A program made the position numbers and the translations under genes. From assembly GCA_046563655.1 (NCBI GenBank), contig CM102290.1, positions 10,416,001 through 10,480,000 of the forward strand: 64,000 nt of DNA. The letters are read 5' to 3'. This stretch comes from Yuukianura sp. NJ FZ-2021 (Eukaryota). Each line of letters begins with the position of its first letter. The first letter of the stretch is position 1. Below are positions 30,401 through 43,342 of this stretch, piece by piece. The notes under the pieces were generated by a model. It was not told where the DNA came from, searched no databases, and was given only the letters and a program-made list of their open reading frames with translations.

Positions 30401-31023
30401 TACTTCAACACTTTTACAAAAGATTTCTTACATTTTCGTATCGCTCCAGCAGTCGAATGCTGAACTAAATGCAAGTTTTGTAGCATAGCATACGTTACTG
30501 TACAAAGACTTTGTGCAAAGAGACAAATTGCCAAGGCCGTATAGTGTTTTACCTTAGAGATTAAAATTCAGTTTACCTCAATTTTTATATTAGTTTTTAA
30601 TGAAGTTGATCAAATCATATTATAAATTAGGTGGCAATTTAATAGATAGAAGAGTTTAAAAAAAATTTTGAACGAAACTTTCATACATCGTGCGGGAAGT
30701 GACGATTCACCGGCATCAGCGCCGAACTTTATTGGTTCGGTGACGCGAACAGATGTTTTATACGTTAATACGCTTGTAGGCCCTAGCTGTGCTTTTACGG
30801 TACATTGTGGAATGTACTAGCTGCTTGGAGCATGTCGTTGTCTGGTGGTGGGTTGGGTGGTGAATTCCTGAGTGTGAAGAAGAAAGGAAGAAATGGAGGC
30901 GGGATGGCGGCGTTTCTGCACCAACACAAAGGAAGGGGGGACCGACCAAAGGCCCTCCTGCTAAACTTCCCCCTCTTCCAGAGGTACTTACCTTCTAAAG
31001 TTCGGAATCATTCGGAATCCCAT
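21412..31023 (-). CDS. crp: bHLH-ZIP transcription factor AP-4 (TFAP4 / cropped)
   Basis: Exons ~31023-30992 (inferred first exon, phase-2 match), 29521-29389, 26727-26483, 22440-22220, 22119-22027, 21931-21412. bHLH RMEQEKRMRREIANSNERRRMQSINAGFQSLRSLLPHQEGEKLSK|AAILQQTA; DEGIGS degron; C-terminal NLETIVEAIRHLEG motif. Confidence 0.93.
25522..26305. repeat. Degenerate inverted-repeat (MITE-like) remnant in an AP-4 intron
   Basis: ATGGACGGTCAC (25522) pairs with GTGACCGTCCAT (26294). CTCATCCATG (~25619) pairs with CATGGATGAG (~26157). A TTCTGGACGGTA subrepeat is present in both arms. Confidence 0.5.
29989..30219. mobile_element. ~230-bp fold-back / MITE-like element in the first AP-4 intron
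   Basis: Nested perfect inverted pairs: GGAGTAAGGCAGAGA (30007-30021) with 30177-30191, and CCAATACTACTGGC (30048-30061) with 30120-30133. The loop contains AACCAAACCTAA. Confidence 0.65.
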
Positions 31024-31331
31024 ACCATTAGTGTTGAATAGAAAAGTTACGGTAACGCAACAATTAACATAAAAACTACGGCGTACTACGTTCAATTTGG
31101 CATAAAAACCGCTAATTGTAATGAAAATGCAAAGTATCGGTGGTTTTGCAAAACCTGAAGTTCCGTTGTCGTATCGTTTTGGTTTATTTAAAATCACGGG
31201 TTCGTTAACCTAGTCAGTCACGGTGGAAGTAATTTATGCAATTAAAGTTAAAACTTGCTAGAATTAGTCAGTCTATATGTGAAAAATACGTTAAAAATGC
31301 GTAACTGTAAATTCAGACCATTGAATTTGTA

Positions 31332-32163
31332 TCACTTGTTTGTTCCTTTCGGTTCTTTGACCTTGACAAATTTTCCCTTACATTCAGCCTTATGGTCAAG
31401 AAACCATTGTTCCGAAGGTCCTGGAGGTCGGTTAATTGAGCGTTTGACGACTCCGTACTTCGGTGCCAAATCGGTACATTTTCCGGTACATTTCCATACA
31501 TGCTTTTGAAGCTGATCCACTTCGTCGTCGAATGAGTGGTAGATCTAAAGTTTTCATACAACAAAAAAGCAACGCTTTAGTTTAGGCCTCTCGCAAGATG
31601 GCGCATAATCGACGCTGAAGTCTTAGCGCAAACGCAACAGCACATCTGATAATGTCGTAAACGTTAAATCTGATAAGGTCGTAAACGTTAAATGTGTTGT
31701 GAGGTGAACGAAACTTACTGAAATATGATGTCGCCCTTTTTCGTTGATTTTGTCCATCATCTTAATAAAATTCGGACCATGTTCTTCCGGTTCATTCTTG
31801 CTGTCACTGGTGTATACCCATGCGTGAATCATTTCGTGCTGTTAAAAATTAAACGAGAAATTAGTTAAGTCAACCGCTGACCAATTCTGTATTGATGAAG
31901 TAATCGGTTAGGTAATAATGTAAACTTACCAGTAAAATATCTGTTAAATCCCTCTTGGGTCGGAGTCTTAGAAGTGGCAGCGACAGATTAATGATGGTGG
32001 GTTCGCTTTTACTGTAGTAAGTGCAAGTTCCGGCGCAACTGGTTAGTCGATTGCTCCACTTGACATGGACGTTCCTGAGTTTACTGCCAAAGTATGTGTC
32101 GTTGTACTTGTCAAATAAATCTTGGAGCTTGAGGTTACAGTCGTAGATGGATACACGCGCCAT
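31332..32163 (-). CDS. SprT-family zinc metalloprotease (SPRTN/Spartan-like), ~188 aa, protease core only
   Basis: Exons 32163-31930, 31838-31719, 31544-31332. Motifs VKWSNRLTSCAGTC, LSLPLLRLRPKRDL..ILL|HEMIH (HExxH), HGPNF, IYHSFDDEV, HVWKCTGKC..PKYGVVKRSINRPPGPSEQW..H..ECKGKFVKVKEP. Confidence 0.9.
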
Positions 32164-32630
32164 TTTGTTTCTTCTGGAACCAACTTCGAGGTGACTTGAT
32201 TCTTTGTGCGTGTCGACTCTGTCAATGCTGGAAGTGCACTGAAGAAGAGACAGTATCAAACAGTTCAAAGGTAACTTTTGAGGTGACTTACAACATTGTA
32301 ACAGAAAATCCAACCAATAGCTTTATTTCATTTCGTCACTGATGATAATACTTGCTAAAGAATTACGATTTAAATAAAGTGCGCTAGACTGTAAGACACA
32401 TATACAACAATTCAAATTAAACATACTCCAATAAATTTTGATTTCAGTTAGCCAACTTTGTGAATAACAGCAACCTCAAAACGAGAGTTTAACGACCTTC
32501 ACACACAAGCCTCACCAATAACCTTAGTAATGCAAATCGTGAAGAAGACACACAAATCCAGTGGGTAAGAAAGCAAAAATTTGCATCGTCACTTTCGGTA
32601 GTTAATTTGCTAAATTCACATAGGTCATCG

Positions 32631-35600
32631 TCATGTGTAGAGTCCCTCGAGCTCCTTCAGCAGCGTATCAGAACTTTTCCATTCCTCTGAAAAAAAATAC
32701 CAAACAAGCATTGTAATATGCAGATAAACTGGAGATAGGCTTCGCAAAAACAGTGGGCAATGTGAGACTTCTTGTTGTCTGTAGTTCATTTTACCTTCGT
32801 CAATGAACTGCTGGTGTTCTGGTGGATCTCCAAGCGGTACGTCCCCTTCGCCACTTTCATCAAGTCCGTTTTCCTTCGTCCAGAACATTTCAAACATATC
32901 CTTCCCCGTACCCAGCTCAGAGTCACTGCAATATCACAAAAACCAAAGTTTAGTAAATCATTTTCGCATGTTTAGAAGTTACTATTCCTCGGATAGGCGC
33001 CTCTCACTTAAAAACACCAAAGGCATCTGCAGATTTCAGATCCTAGGAATAGAACAACACAGGGTCAGTTTTTAACTAATGCAATGATAACGGAGCAAAC
33101 TAAACTAACGTATAAGAATACGAAAACAATGTCAACTTACTCCCCAAGCATTAATATCCGAGAAATTGTCGGTCACTGAAGCCACTGCTTGTGAGCTGAC
33201 TGGAGCACCAGAATGTGGAACCATAACACCGCCCTAACAAAAACATAAGTTATTAACGTTAGTCAGTAAACGACGCACGCGTAGTAGCTACTTAGTAGTA
33301 GCTAGGATTCTTTCGACACCGAAAACTCAAAATTGGTCTTCAAAGCACTGATGAACTTACTAGGAGAATTCTTTCACGTTGTAAATAAGGCTCAATTACG
33401 TCTGTCAAGAACTTGTTCCACTGTGCGAAAAAGTCTTTCCTTTCTTCCTCCAACTGCATCACAACGTCCCTTTGATATCCAGGCTTACTCATCATTTCGT
33501 TATACGCACAAGCGAATCTTGCTAGATGACCCCGTATTCCGCACCTAAACAATTGATTTAGCGTTAGTTGTTCACTGCACTACACCACAGACTCTAGTAA
33601 ACGAACCCAATACTTGTAACTATTCTGTAAGAAACGTACTAGGTTAGGTTACTTACTCCGATTTCGGCCTGTTGAACATTTCCATAACATTATACAGAAT
33701 GTTTACGTCGTCCAAAATCTAAAGCAGAACACAACGGAAGAAGTGAAAAGAATTCTGATCAACATAGAGTTAAACGTATGATATACTACGTACAAATTTC
33801 ACTCCTGCATTTTTCAGCGGCATGAGCAAAATATTGAGCAGGATCTTTTCGATATCACGATGGAGAAAACCGTTCCACTCATTGAACCATAGCATTCCCT
33901 GCACATAACCATATTCATTAATTCAATTTCAAGATGTAATGTATTACGTAGTGCATCAATCCAATGACTTACAATCAGATATCTCAATATACCGGTACGA
34001 ATCATCTCGTCTACAAATCCAGGATTACGAAGAGACGCCATGTGAGCAAAGAACTTGACCACGGCAAGTCGTTTAGTTCCAACGCGGCGAGCTTCGCCGT
34101 AGGTTAGAATCAGTGGGGGTTTGTTCTTCATCTCATCAGTAACTAAAATATTATAGAGGGATTCGAAACGACTAGCGACGAATTCTTGAACTTCGGGGTC
34201 TACGTCAACGTCTTGCTGACTATCGCTTATGGGAACCCAAGACTTCCTACGAAACAAGATTTCAAAATTATGATTGCTAAATCGAACCAGAATCCTTCTT
34301 CTACTAAACTTTACTAGTCACTTACTGTTGATTAGCCCTCTGCTGTTTCCTTGGAATTCCCATTAAGGCCACAACTAAGTTCAACCCATACTTCAACGAA
34401 CTGTCACAAATCGCGCCAGGGCTCATCATTGCATTAAAAAGAACTTCAACGGTTTTGGGACTGTAAGGAATAACAGACGTTTAACTATGCTCTCAGCACT
34501 ATACTTTGGTAACTAACTAAGTAAAGTGGCGTACCGTTTTAAGGCTACAAATAACGGATCGGCATCACTGCTACGATCTTGGGAGGAAGACAAATCGTCG
34601 CGAAAGGCATCTAGTAAATCATTCACAAGTCGGTCCACACCCTCGTGCACATCCGGATCACCACTGCCCATCTTCATCATTAGCCGATTCACAAAGTTGG
34701 ATTTTTCCAGCCACTGAAAGAGTTGTAAAAATTTTATAAGAGTAAGTTTACTAAGTTTGGCTAAAGTATTAAAGTTTAGAATGGTTTACTTCTTTACTTA
34801 CTTGAAGTAGATTAACTCTCGTATCCTCTCCCTCAAGATTCATTATCAATTTGTAGATAAAATCACAGACAGAAGAAGTTCCAACGTGCTTCAATAGTAA
34901 CTCTACTAGGTCAGTTTCCGTTTCCGTCAGATATCCAAGTAGCTGAATTGTATTGAGTTTATACGAGTACCAATTCTAAAAAAAAATAATTTGAATGAAG
35001 CTTGAAAACTTTATTGATAAATGGTTACAAATCAGTGAATTTACTTGATCCGGTTTCCTGCTGATCACTTCGGTGAGAACTCTACACACGTAGCTGGCAA
35101 GGAGTGGGTTCAACGGTGGGTCGACCTCTCGCTTGAAAAAATGGAAAAGCTTCTCCAGGTATACTCGATCAGCAGCAATTTTCTCAGCGAAAGTGATATC
35201 TGACGTAAGCACTTCGCAAACAATATTTGGATACTTGTACTGCACCTGAAATTGATAACAAAATTGAGACTACGCCCACCATCCATAAATGTTTGACAAC
35301 GAACGAATTCAAAGGTTTGTGGTCTCATACCACTATTGGAAGATCCGGAGACGGGTCTACCGTAACGTAATCCAAAAGGGCGTGCAAATTCTCTGGGCGC
35401 TGCAAGCTATGATAAGAATGAGAGTCAGGCGATGTCTCTTGATGCAATAATATTGTAATTTCAAACTTACAATTCCAGGAGGCGACGATGTCCCACACGA
35501 CATTCTTGCAGTAATTCGTCGAGATCAAGGACTTGCTCAAGGGTAACCGTCTGAAACATAAAATACCAACCAACTTTAGCCTAAGGAATTCCAGATTCCA

Positions 35601-35702
35601 TATTGCGTTAGTAAACAATACAATGATTCAACCAAATGTACTCACGGGTTGATCCAAGATCAAATCGATTTGAGGACTAGCGACAAGTGTATTCCAGAAC
35701 AT
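32631..35702 (-). CDS. Protein phosphatase 6 regulatory subunit (SAPS / SIT4-associated domain, PPP6R1-3-like)
   Basis: MFW start; TLEQVLDLDELLQEC; YKYPNIVCEVLTSD; PLNPLLASYVCRVL; TYGEARRVGTKRLAVVKFFA; NGFLHRDI; RGHLARFA; FSDINAWG. About 12 short exons. Confidence 0.88.
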
Positions 35703-37532
35703 TATTATGAGATGCAATTTTCGTTGAATAAAAATATCAAAGGAAGGACGTGTTTGTTGGATTGATTTGACACACACCCAGCGATGATTTTTCTACAACA
35801 GCAATGACAACCACCAGAAGGCAACTTCAAACTTGTTCGGTTGAACCTACTTATCACTTCCTTCAGTAATCCGGGAGTAGTACCGCACAACAGCTAACAC
35901 AGGAGATCAACTAATATGAAAACACAGACCATACAAACAGTTACGCCTCTAGATAGAAGATAACAGAAACGCAGATGACTCTTACTTGATTGATAGTCGA
36001 CCGATTCTCCCGAGTAATCTGGATCAAGTGCTTCGTTTACGTTCTAATCCGATGTTTCCTGAAGTTGCCCCTTGGTATTATTCTTGGAAGAAGGTAGTAA
36101 ACAGAATATACGGATGGAATCTTCAGCTGGAGAGGCACCTTAAATTAAATCTCTAAAACAGGAAGGACTTTAATGTGATACTTTTTACGTGTACTTAACG
36201 CCTACATATAAATTTACTGTTTAATTACGTTAATAATAAAATTAAATAGTATATGTCAATTATTAGTGAATTGGAGATTAATTTTACTTTATACTACTAA
36301 ACAAAAAGTTTATTTCCATTCCAATTCTCTCTGGTCGCTGAGTATACCTCCTTCTCCACCAAGAACAGTAAAAGTCATGCGAGGAAATCATGGGAGGAGT
36401 GAAAATAAGATACAGTCAGGAGTCAGTCGTCCCATCTAGTGCATCGAAATCACATTAAGATTACCTGAAACTTCAAGGTTGACATGCGTTATACACCTTA
36501 CTTGGTACCACGACCACAAATACTAGTAAAAGAATGCGTTCTAAGTTGGAGACTGTAACCACCATAACTGCAATCCATGAGTTACAGATTACAGTTATGG
36601 TGTAACACTTTTATTTATTACATGATATAGTGCAGCCGTCTCACCTTTTTGTTAAAGCGTGATGTAGGCGTATCTATTGTTTCACGACGAATTAAAATGA
36701 AATTGAACTGTAAAACTTATGCTTATATTATTGAGGCGATGAATGGAAGTGCTATGGGATAAAATTATGGCCGAGAATTTGTTTGTTTAAGTGAAATCGT
36801 GAAATTAACATACACGATAGCTTTTCAGAACTTGATGCAGTCATCATGTACCTACTACGTCGAATACACAGGATCGGACATAGAAGCCCCTCTCATTGAA
36901 GTAAGGAAAGGATGTTGCTACCACCAGCCTCTTCAAGATCTAAATGCGTATAATAATGAAATACTAGACGAAAGGTAACGTTCTCGGTTTAGATTAGCCT
37001 AAATTGCAAACAACTGCCACCACTGAATACAGTAATGCGTTAGTAGTGGTTACAATTATGATATAATTCGGTTGAGGCAACGCTTTTTATTATAAAGCGT
37101 TTACCTCCCTCCACATTTTTTAGGTTTTATAACGCCTCAGTTGGTACATTCTGCATTCACAGAGGAGTGACAGTGAGGCGAAGACTTTTACGATAGATTT
37201 TTAACTAAAGAAATGACTGTTAATTAACTGAGCCATTGATTGCTTGATTTCATATTTTGACCAAAATAATATCCGAGTTTAGAAGGCTTTGCTGTCCGCG
37301 TTTAGAAGGAGTTGGTTACTAAATAGTTGCGGACTACCGTACGTTTGGTAAGTTAACGTTTTATTTGCTTTTGCTGTTGTGTAGTTTAAGCTCTGCTCAA
37401 ATTTTGAGTACTGGGATGCGAAGTATCGTAGACGTACCATTCATTATATTTGTATACATTCATTACGCATGTCCTGCATAGTGCAGTAATTTTTATGTTG
37501 ATTTTTGCAGATACAGTCTTAGCCAGTAAGAG

Positions 37533-40397
37533 ATGCCTTCCGGAGATCATTGTGCCCCGTGGGTGACTCCTCAGATTCCGATTCTCTGTCCTAGTTGTGC
37601 CTCATCTAGTAGTTCATCGGCCAGTGAAATCGCTGACACAACAGCGCACGCGAACGTAAGTTAGCGTTTAAGTATTTAATGTCATGGTTAAGCGAATTAA
37701 TCCGCTACTACCCAAGGGATTTGTGAATTTCTAGGTGGTACAAGAGTCCCAGCCCGATCCTACTCCGCAGGAGGAATCTGAAACCAATGAAATATTCGGA
37801 AAGAATGGATTCAACAGAGAAAAATACTTTGATTACCTTCAACTCTGTGAAAGAGTATGCATCCATAGAATTCAGCTTGAAAAGAGTTTCGGCTCTTCAA
37901 CCGGAGTGGATTCGGTTGTAATAACCATGGAGGATCTCTACGGGCCTCTAGAAAAAAATCACCCACGGGTTTCATTGCTGACAGCTGAGTTGACCCGCTA
38001 TAGCAAGGAAATCACAGACAAGGCGCTTGAAAATCACCGTCTTGTCCACTCATATACTGAAGAAAACTACATGGAGACTCTATGTACCCAAATAGCACTA
38101 ATTGAGTCACAACTCCAACCCTTCAAAGATTCACAACTCAGGAACGTGGTGGACCTGAACCCGTATACGAATGCCTTTTCCGTTGAAAACTTCCTGCTGC
38201 CGCGACGCTACCTAACATTCGAAAATTTCAACCTGGACGTGAAACCAATTGCAATAGCCAATGAACACCTTTTGACCAGCGATTGTCCCGGAGAATTAGA
38301 GGAGTCTGAGGTTGCCACACGGGATTTCACTGGTCTGGGAATTTTCGACCCAATGTTACAGGGCGAAAAGGTGCTCGTCCTTAATACGTCCCGGACAGTC
38401 GGCAAAGCGCTCCCGGCACAACTGAACATCATGCTACGCAAGTTTCCTTACGGAATCTCATACTCTAAATTCCAGGAAATCCATCATGAGGTCCTGGGAT
38501 ACCGAATTGACTGGCAAGCCGCCTGTTATACCAGTTTATTGGACATGATCATGGACTTCTCCGATGCCTGCTTTGTCAAAACAAATCGAGATCTGCCTCC
38601 ACCATTGGATCGAATTGTTTACTCGGCGGCCTTAAAGAACATTACCTGTTCGATTCAAACTTCACTGCATCGACTCTGGCACACCTACACGATCTTCGTC
38701 TCTTCTCTGAACTCACCGGTACCACTTAAGGATACTTGGAAGAATATGTGCGATGTCTTCGGTTATGACAGGTTTATTCTTTGCCATTGGGGATTCACTT
38801 CTACCCAAGGATTTGTCAAGTATTGCCAAGATCTCTACCGAAACAGCATTCTACATATCGTTGTCCCAGTGGAAAATCTTGATGTAACTCAAAGTGACAA
38901 TCGTCTTTATATCTTCCATGGAGACATATCGAAACTACCGGCAGCGTTCATACCACATTCTGCATATTTATCTGGACAACGAGCTTCGTTGGTAAGAATC
39001 GAACTTCTAAGCACCAATATTATTGCTTGTTTGATACCATTTACCATTACTCGCTGAAGGCAGCCGTAAATGAATTGAGAATAACTTCGCTGCATTCATT
39101 TGTTTTACAGATACCTGAGCCTACAGTGGCTACGCCGAAGGTGTTCTTGACCATTGCTGACATCGAGAAAGAATGGATATCCGATTCCATATCACCGGGA
39201 GATGTAATTACTTGTAAACGGGGGTTCGCACGGCGGCCATATTGCTTCAGTCTCATCTCTTTGAATGATAAGTTCATTCTCCTAGGGCTTCGAAGAAAGA
39301 TGCAGTAAGAAACAGCAGTATACTTGTACCGTTTTTACGTTTGGAATGAATTCAAATTGACATCAATTTTCGTGCTATTAGACTTGCACTGATTGTCTTT
39401 CCCTATATTTCTAGCAAATACTATGTAAAGGCGGAACAACGTGGGCATCTTCAAGTGGAGAAGCACACCAAAGTACCGAAAGGGGCACTTTTGGCGGTGA
39501 AATATGGAAAATACTGGCTGCGAGGAGTTGCTCTGCAACGAAATACAAAACGCCATACTTATAGAGTAAGTCATAAGAACCATTTTTTACAAACTTGTTT
39601 GAAAAATCCCAACGATGCTGCACTACGCATGCTTTTTGGTAGTATCCCTAATCTGCTTTTATTGGTATCTGTTTTAGGTATTTTTATTGGATGAAGCAAT
39701 GACAGTTTACATCAAGGAGTCAAATATTGCCATACTTAGCAAACGGTTTCTTGGCACGCCTCCTATGGGTATTATGTGCCGTCTTAATATAGGCAACCTT
39801 GGGATCGAATCTGTCGAAGAGCGGAAGAACCGTTTGCATGCAATTTGCGTTATTCCGTTTGCCGGATCGGTTTGGACTGTGAAATTCTTACATCGCGAGT
39901 GGTTCCTTGTGAGTCTTATTACGCTTGTGCAATTGGTAACTCTTTTGCGTTTTGCAAATGAGTGTTCTCTGGATTCGTTTTATTTTTAGGGCCATTCCTT
40001 TTGGACGGTTCAAATGCAGACACGTAAGATGGACGTTTCCACTGATGGCAAATGGACCCTTATCAAGCAACGAAATTTTGGAGGCAAGCTTCCAAGAAGA
40101 TTCATCAAGCTAAACGTTGGCAAACGTCATGCTCGCGGCTCTCTTAAGATGAAGGACTCCACTACCCCAGTGGTCGCCAGTAAAATTCGATTTGCTAATG
40201 GACGGAACAGAATTCGTAAGCGGGTGACCAACAACGACACGGAAGAACAGAAGCCCAAAGACGTTCAACGGTTCGCACGGACGTATGCTCCTTTCAACTG
40301 TACAGCAATGCCAAATCCTACCCGTCTGCCTGACACCAACTCCGTTCGTCCAGAGGCTTCGTCGTCTTCAGTTGCCCCGCTCCCAGGGGAAGATTGA
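37533..40397 (+). CDS. LOTUS (OST-HTH) + extended Tudor domain protein (TDRD5/TDRD7, Tejas/Tapas-like germ-granule factor)
   Basis: Exons 37533-37655, 37735-38991, 39111-39304, 39415-39566, 39679-39908, 39990-40397 splice in frame. LOTUS-like LNIMLRKFPYGISYSKFQEIHHEVLGYRIDWQAACYTSLLDMI, plus a second weaker copy ending WGFTSTQGFV. Tudor-like KGALLAVKYGKYWLRGV...YRVFLLDEA...LSKRFLGTPPMGIMCRL. Confidence 0.72.
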
Positions 40398-41117
40398 GAG
40401 CCCTGCTCTATGAATTTATGATTTTACTATTTGAATTGTCCTTTTGTTAGTAGTTTTTTACGGTTTCGCTCAGCTCTACTTAGCTTTTTCTTTTATTCTA
40501 GTAGACGTAACGAATTAATTCATACTTGTTTATTAGTTTGGCCATTATGTTCCACCATTTCCAAAGTCTATTTCTTGTGCTTTTTTAACTTCTTGTTTTG
40601 CTTACTTTCGAGACAAGCCTTTCGTTTTCCTACCACTTTAGTCATAGTTTGAGAATGTGATTTTGTGAGCCTGAGCGTGTCCTGTCCAGTAATTAACTTG
40701 CACGTTAATGATACTGTACCACCGGATCTGAACAAGAGAATTAGATATGTTAGTAAGCTTCACAAGTCTAATTATTGCTGTAATTATTACAACATCATTA
40801 GACGAAGGGATTAGCCGATGTTATTTTCAAGTTGTGTGAAGAGTTTTATTATATGTATTGGGATATTCGTTAATTGATTTGTCAGTATTTCCCTACTTGT
40901 TGATCTTTCAATCCAGCCGATTTATTAATAAACTTTGGAGTTGAGAAAATGAATTATCCTTTGGTCCTATTCATTTTGGCTGTTTGTGTAACTGTGTCAA
41001 CCCTCGGAGAATTGCGTAAGATTCTTTTTGTGATTTTACTATCCTTGGATTGATTCGTGGAATGGACTGTCAGACTTTGGTAGAAAATGATTTCAACATT
41101 TCAATTATAGTTTTCAA

Positions 41118-42716
41118 AAACGGAAACGAAAGCGATACAACCTTAAACTCTTCGTTCCTGAAATCACAAAAACATGAAGAATTTCCTAAAGTTTTGGAGT
41201 CGAACAAGTTTTTCGAACTTTGCTAAAATCTGAGGGTATCTTTTTAGAATTTCTAAAAATACTCCATATTTTTGTGAATTGAGGAGTGAAGAGTTTACCT
41301 CTCCATCACCTTCCGTTTTCGAGATACGAATTTTCAAACTTTTTGAAAATTAAAATAAAATTTTTTTAAATTTATATCTCGGCAACGCAGAGCGATAAAG
41401 ACCTAATCTCTTCGCGAAAAAGTTTCAAAACAGATGAATAACCTTTAGAAATATTGAAAACTCCAAAATCGAACATCAAGTTTTTCGTCAAATTTTGAAA
41501 AAAAACCATGGAAAGTCCATGGATTTTTTCAAAATTTCGTCAAAATCTGAGGGTACCTTTTTATATTTTCTAAAAATACTCCTTATTTTTGTGAATTCAG
41601 GGGCGAAGAGTTTACCTTTCTATCTCTTTCCGTTCCCGAGTTATGAATTTTGAAAGTTTTTGAAAACTAAAATGAAATTTTGAAAATTTATATCTCGTGA
41701 ACGGAAAGGGATAAAGACCTAATCTCTTCGCGAGAGACTTTCAAAAAACATGAAGAATTTTTAGAAATTTTGAAAACTCCAAAATCGAACATCAAGTTTT
41801 TCGTCAAATTTTGAAAAAAACCATGGACTATAGTCCATGGATTTTTTCAAAATTTCGTCAAAATCTGAGGGTACCTTTTTATATTTTCTAAAAATACTCC
41901 TTATTTTTGTGAATTCAGGGGCGAAGAGTTTACCTTTCTATCTCTTTCCGTTCCCGAGTTATGAATTTTGAAAGTTTTTGAAAACTAAAATGAAATTTTG
42001 AAAATTTATATCTCGTGAACGGAAAGGGATAAAGACCTAATCTCTTCGCGAGAGACTTTCAAAAAACATGAAGAATTTTTAGAAATTTTGAAAACTCCAA
42101 AATCGAACATCAAGTTTTTCGTCAAATTTTGAAAAAAACCATGGACTATTATAGTCCATGGATTTTTTCGAAATTTCGTCAAAATCTGAGGGTACCTTTT
42201 TATATTTTCTAAAAATACTCCTTATTTTTGTGAATTCAGGGGCGAAGAGTTTACCTTTCTATCTCTTTCCGTTCCCGAGTTATGAATTTTGAAAGTTTTT
42301 GAAAACTAAAATGAAATTTTGAAAATTTATATCTCGTGAACGGAAAGGGATAAAGACCTAATCTCTTCGCGAGAGACTTTCAAAAAACATGAAGAATTTT
42401 TAGAAATTTTGAAAACTCCAAAATCGAACATCAAGTTTTTCGTCAAATTTTGAAAAAACCATGGACTATAGTCCATGGATTTTTTCGAAATTTCGTCAAA
42501 ATCTGAGGGTACCTTTTTATATTTTCTAAAAATACTACATATTTTTGTGAATTCAGCGGCGAAGAGTTTACCTCTCTATCGCTCTCCGTTCCCGAGATAT
42601 GAATTTTCCAAGTTTTTGAAAATTAAAATGAAATTTTGAAATTTTATATCTCGAGAACGGAAAACGTATGGAGCTAATCTCTGCACGAAAAAGTTTCAAA
42701 TAATATGAACAATTTT
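41118..42716 (-). repeat. Second array (~5 units) of the same ~320-bp palindromic repeat, in opposite orientation
   Basis: AAAACTCCAAAATCGAACATCAAGTTTTTC is the reverse complement of the array-1 unit. Junctions lie at ~41506, 41821, 42139 and 42459. The outer units are degenerate. Confidence 0.97.
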
Positions 42717-43342
42717 AATTTGGATAATTCGTAACTCAGCAAACCAGTAATTCCAACCGCTAATTCCTTCACTACTAAACCCACCTTGACCCATATCGTT
42801 TTTTTAGTGCTGGAAACATCATGGCTGGATGGAGATTGGGAATCAAACGTTCCAAGAAATCCTTGGAAAATAATACTACGCCCTCGTCGTGATATTGTAA
42901 CCTTCACAAATCCGTTTTAAAAAAATGTTGAACTTTAGTTTGAAAGTCACTTTTGGGTTTTTTGTTTTAGATCGAAGACTACGACGGGTACTCCGCTACT
43001 GGAAATCAAAACGGAGCTTCCTAAAAAAACGTTCCAGAGATTTTCAATTTGAAAATGTAAATTCACAACCTTAAGTTTCTACTTTTCGTTTATTTTCTTG
43101 TTCGTCCATGAGCGAGATTGGAAATTGAAATTAAAAAGTGAATTGAAGGTTACAAGTTGTCTCATGGTTCTTTCGGAGTGGATTTGTCTTGTAGATTTTA
43201 AAGTTCAAAATATTACGCAACTAATTAATCGGCAATTTGGCTTAAAAATATATTCTCTACGGCGTTTTCAGCACATTTCGAGGCTAAAGGTACATAGTTT
43301 TTTACGGCATGGCATTTAGAAACTGAGCTCTCATTGGACACT

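Noticed and set aside
31645..31692. 24-bp tandem duplication in SprT intron 2
   Set aside because: A simple local slippage duplication inside an intron.
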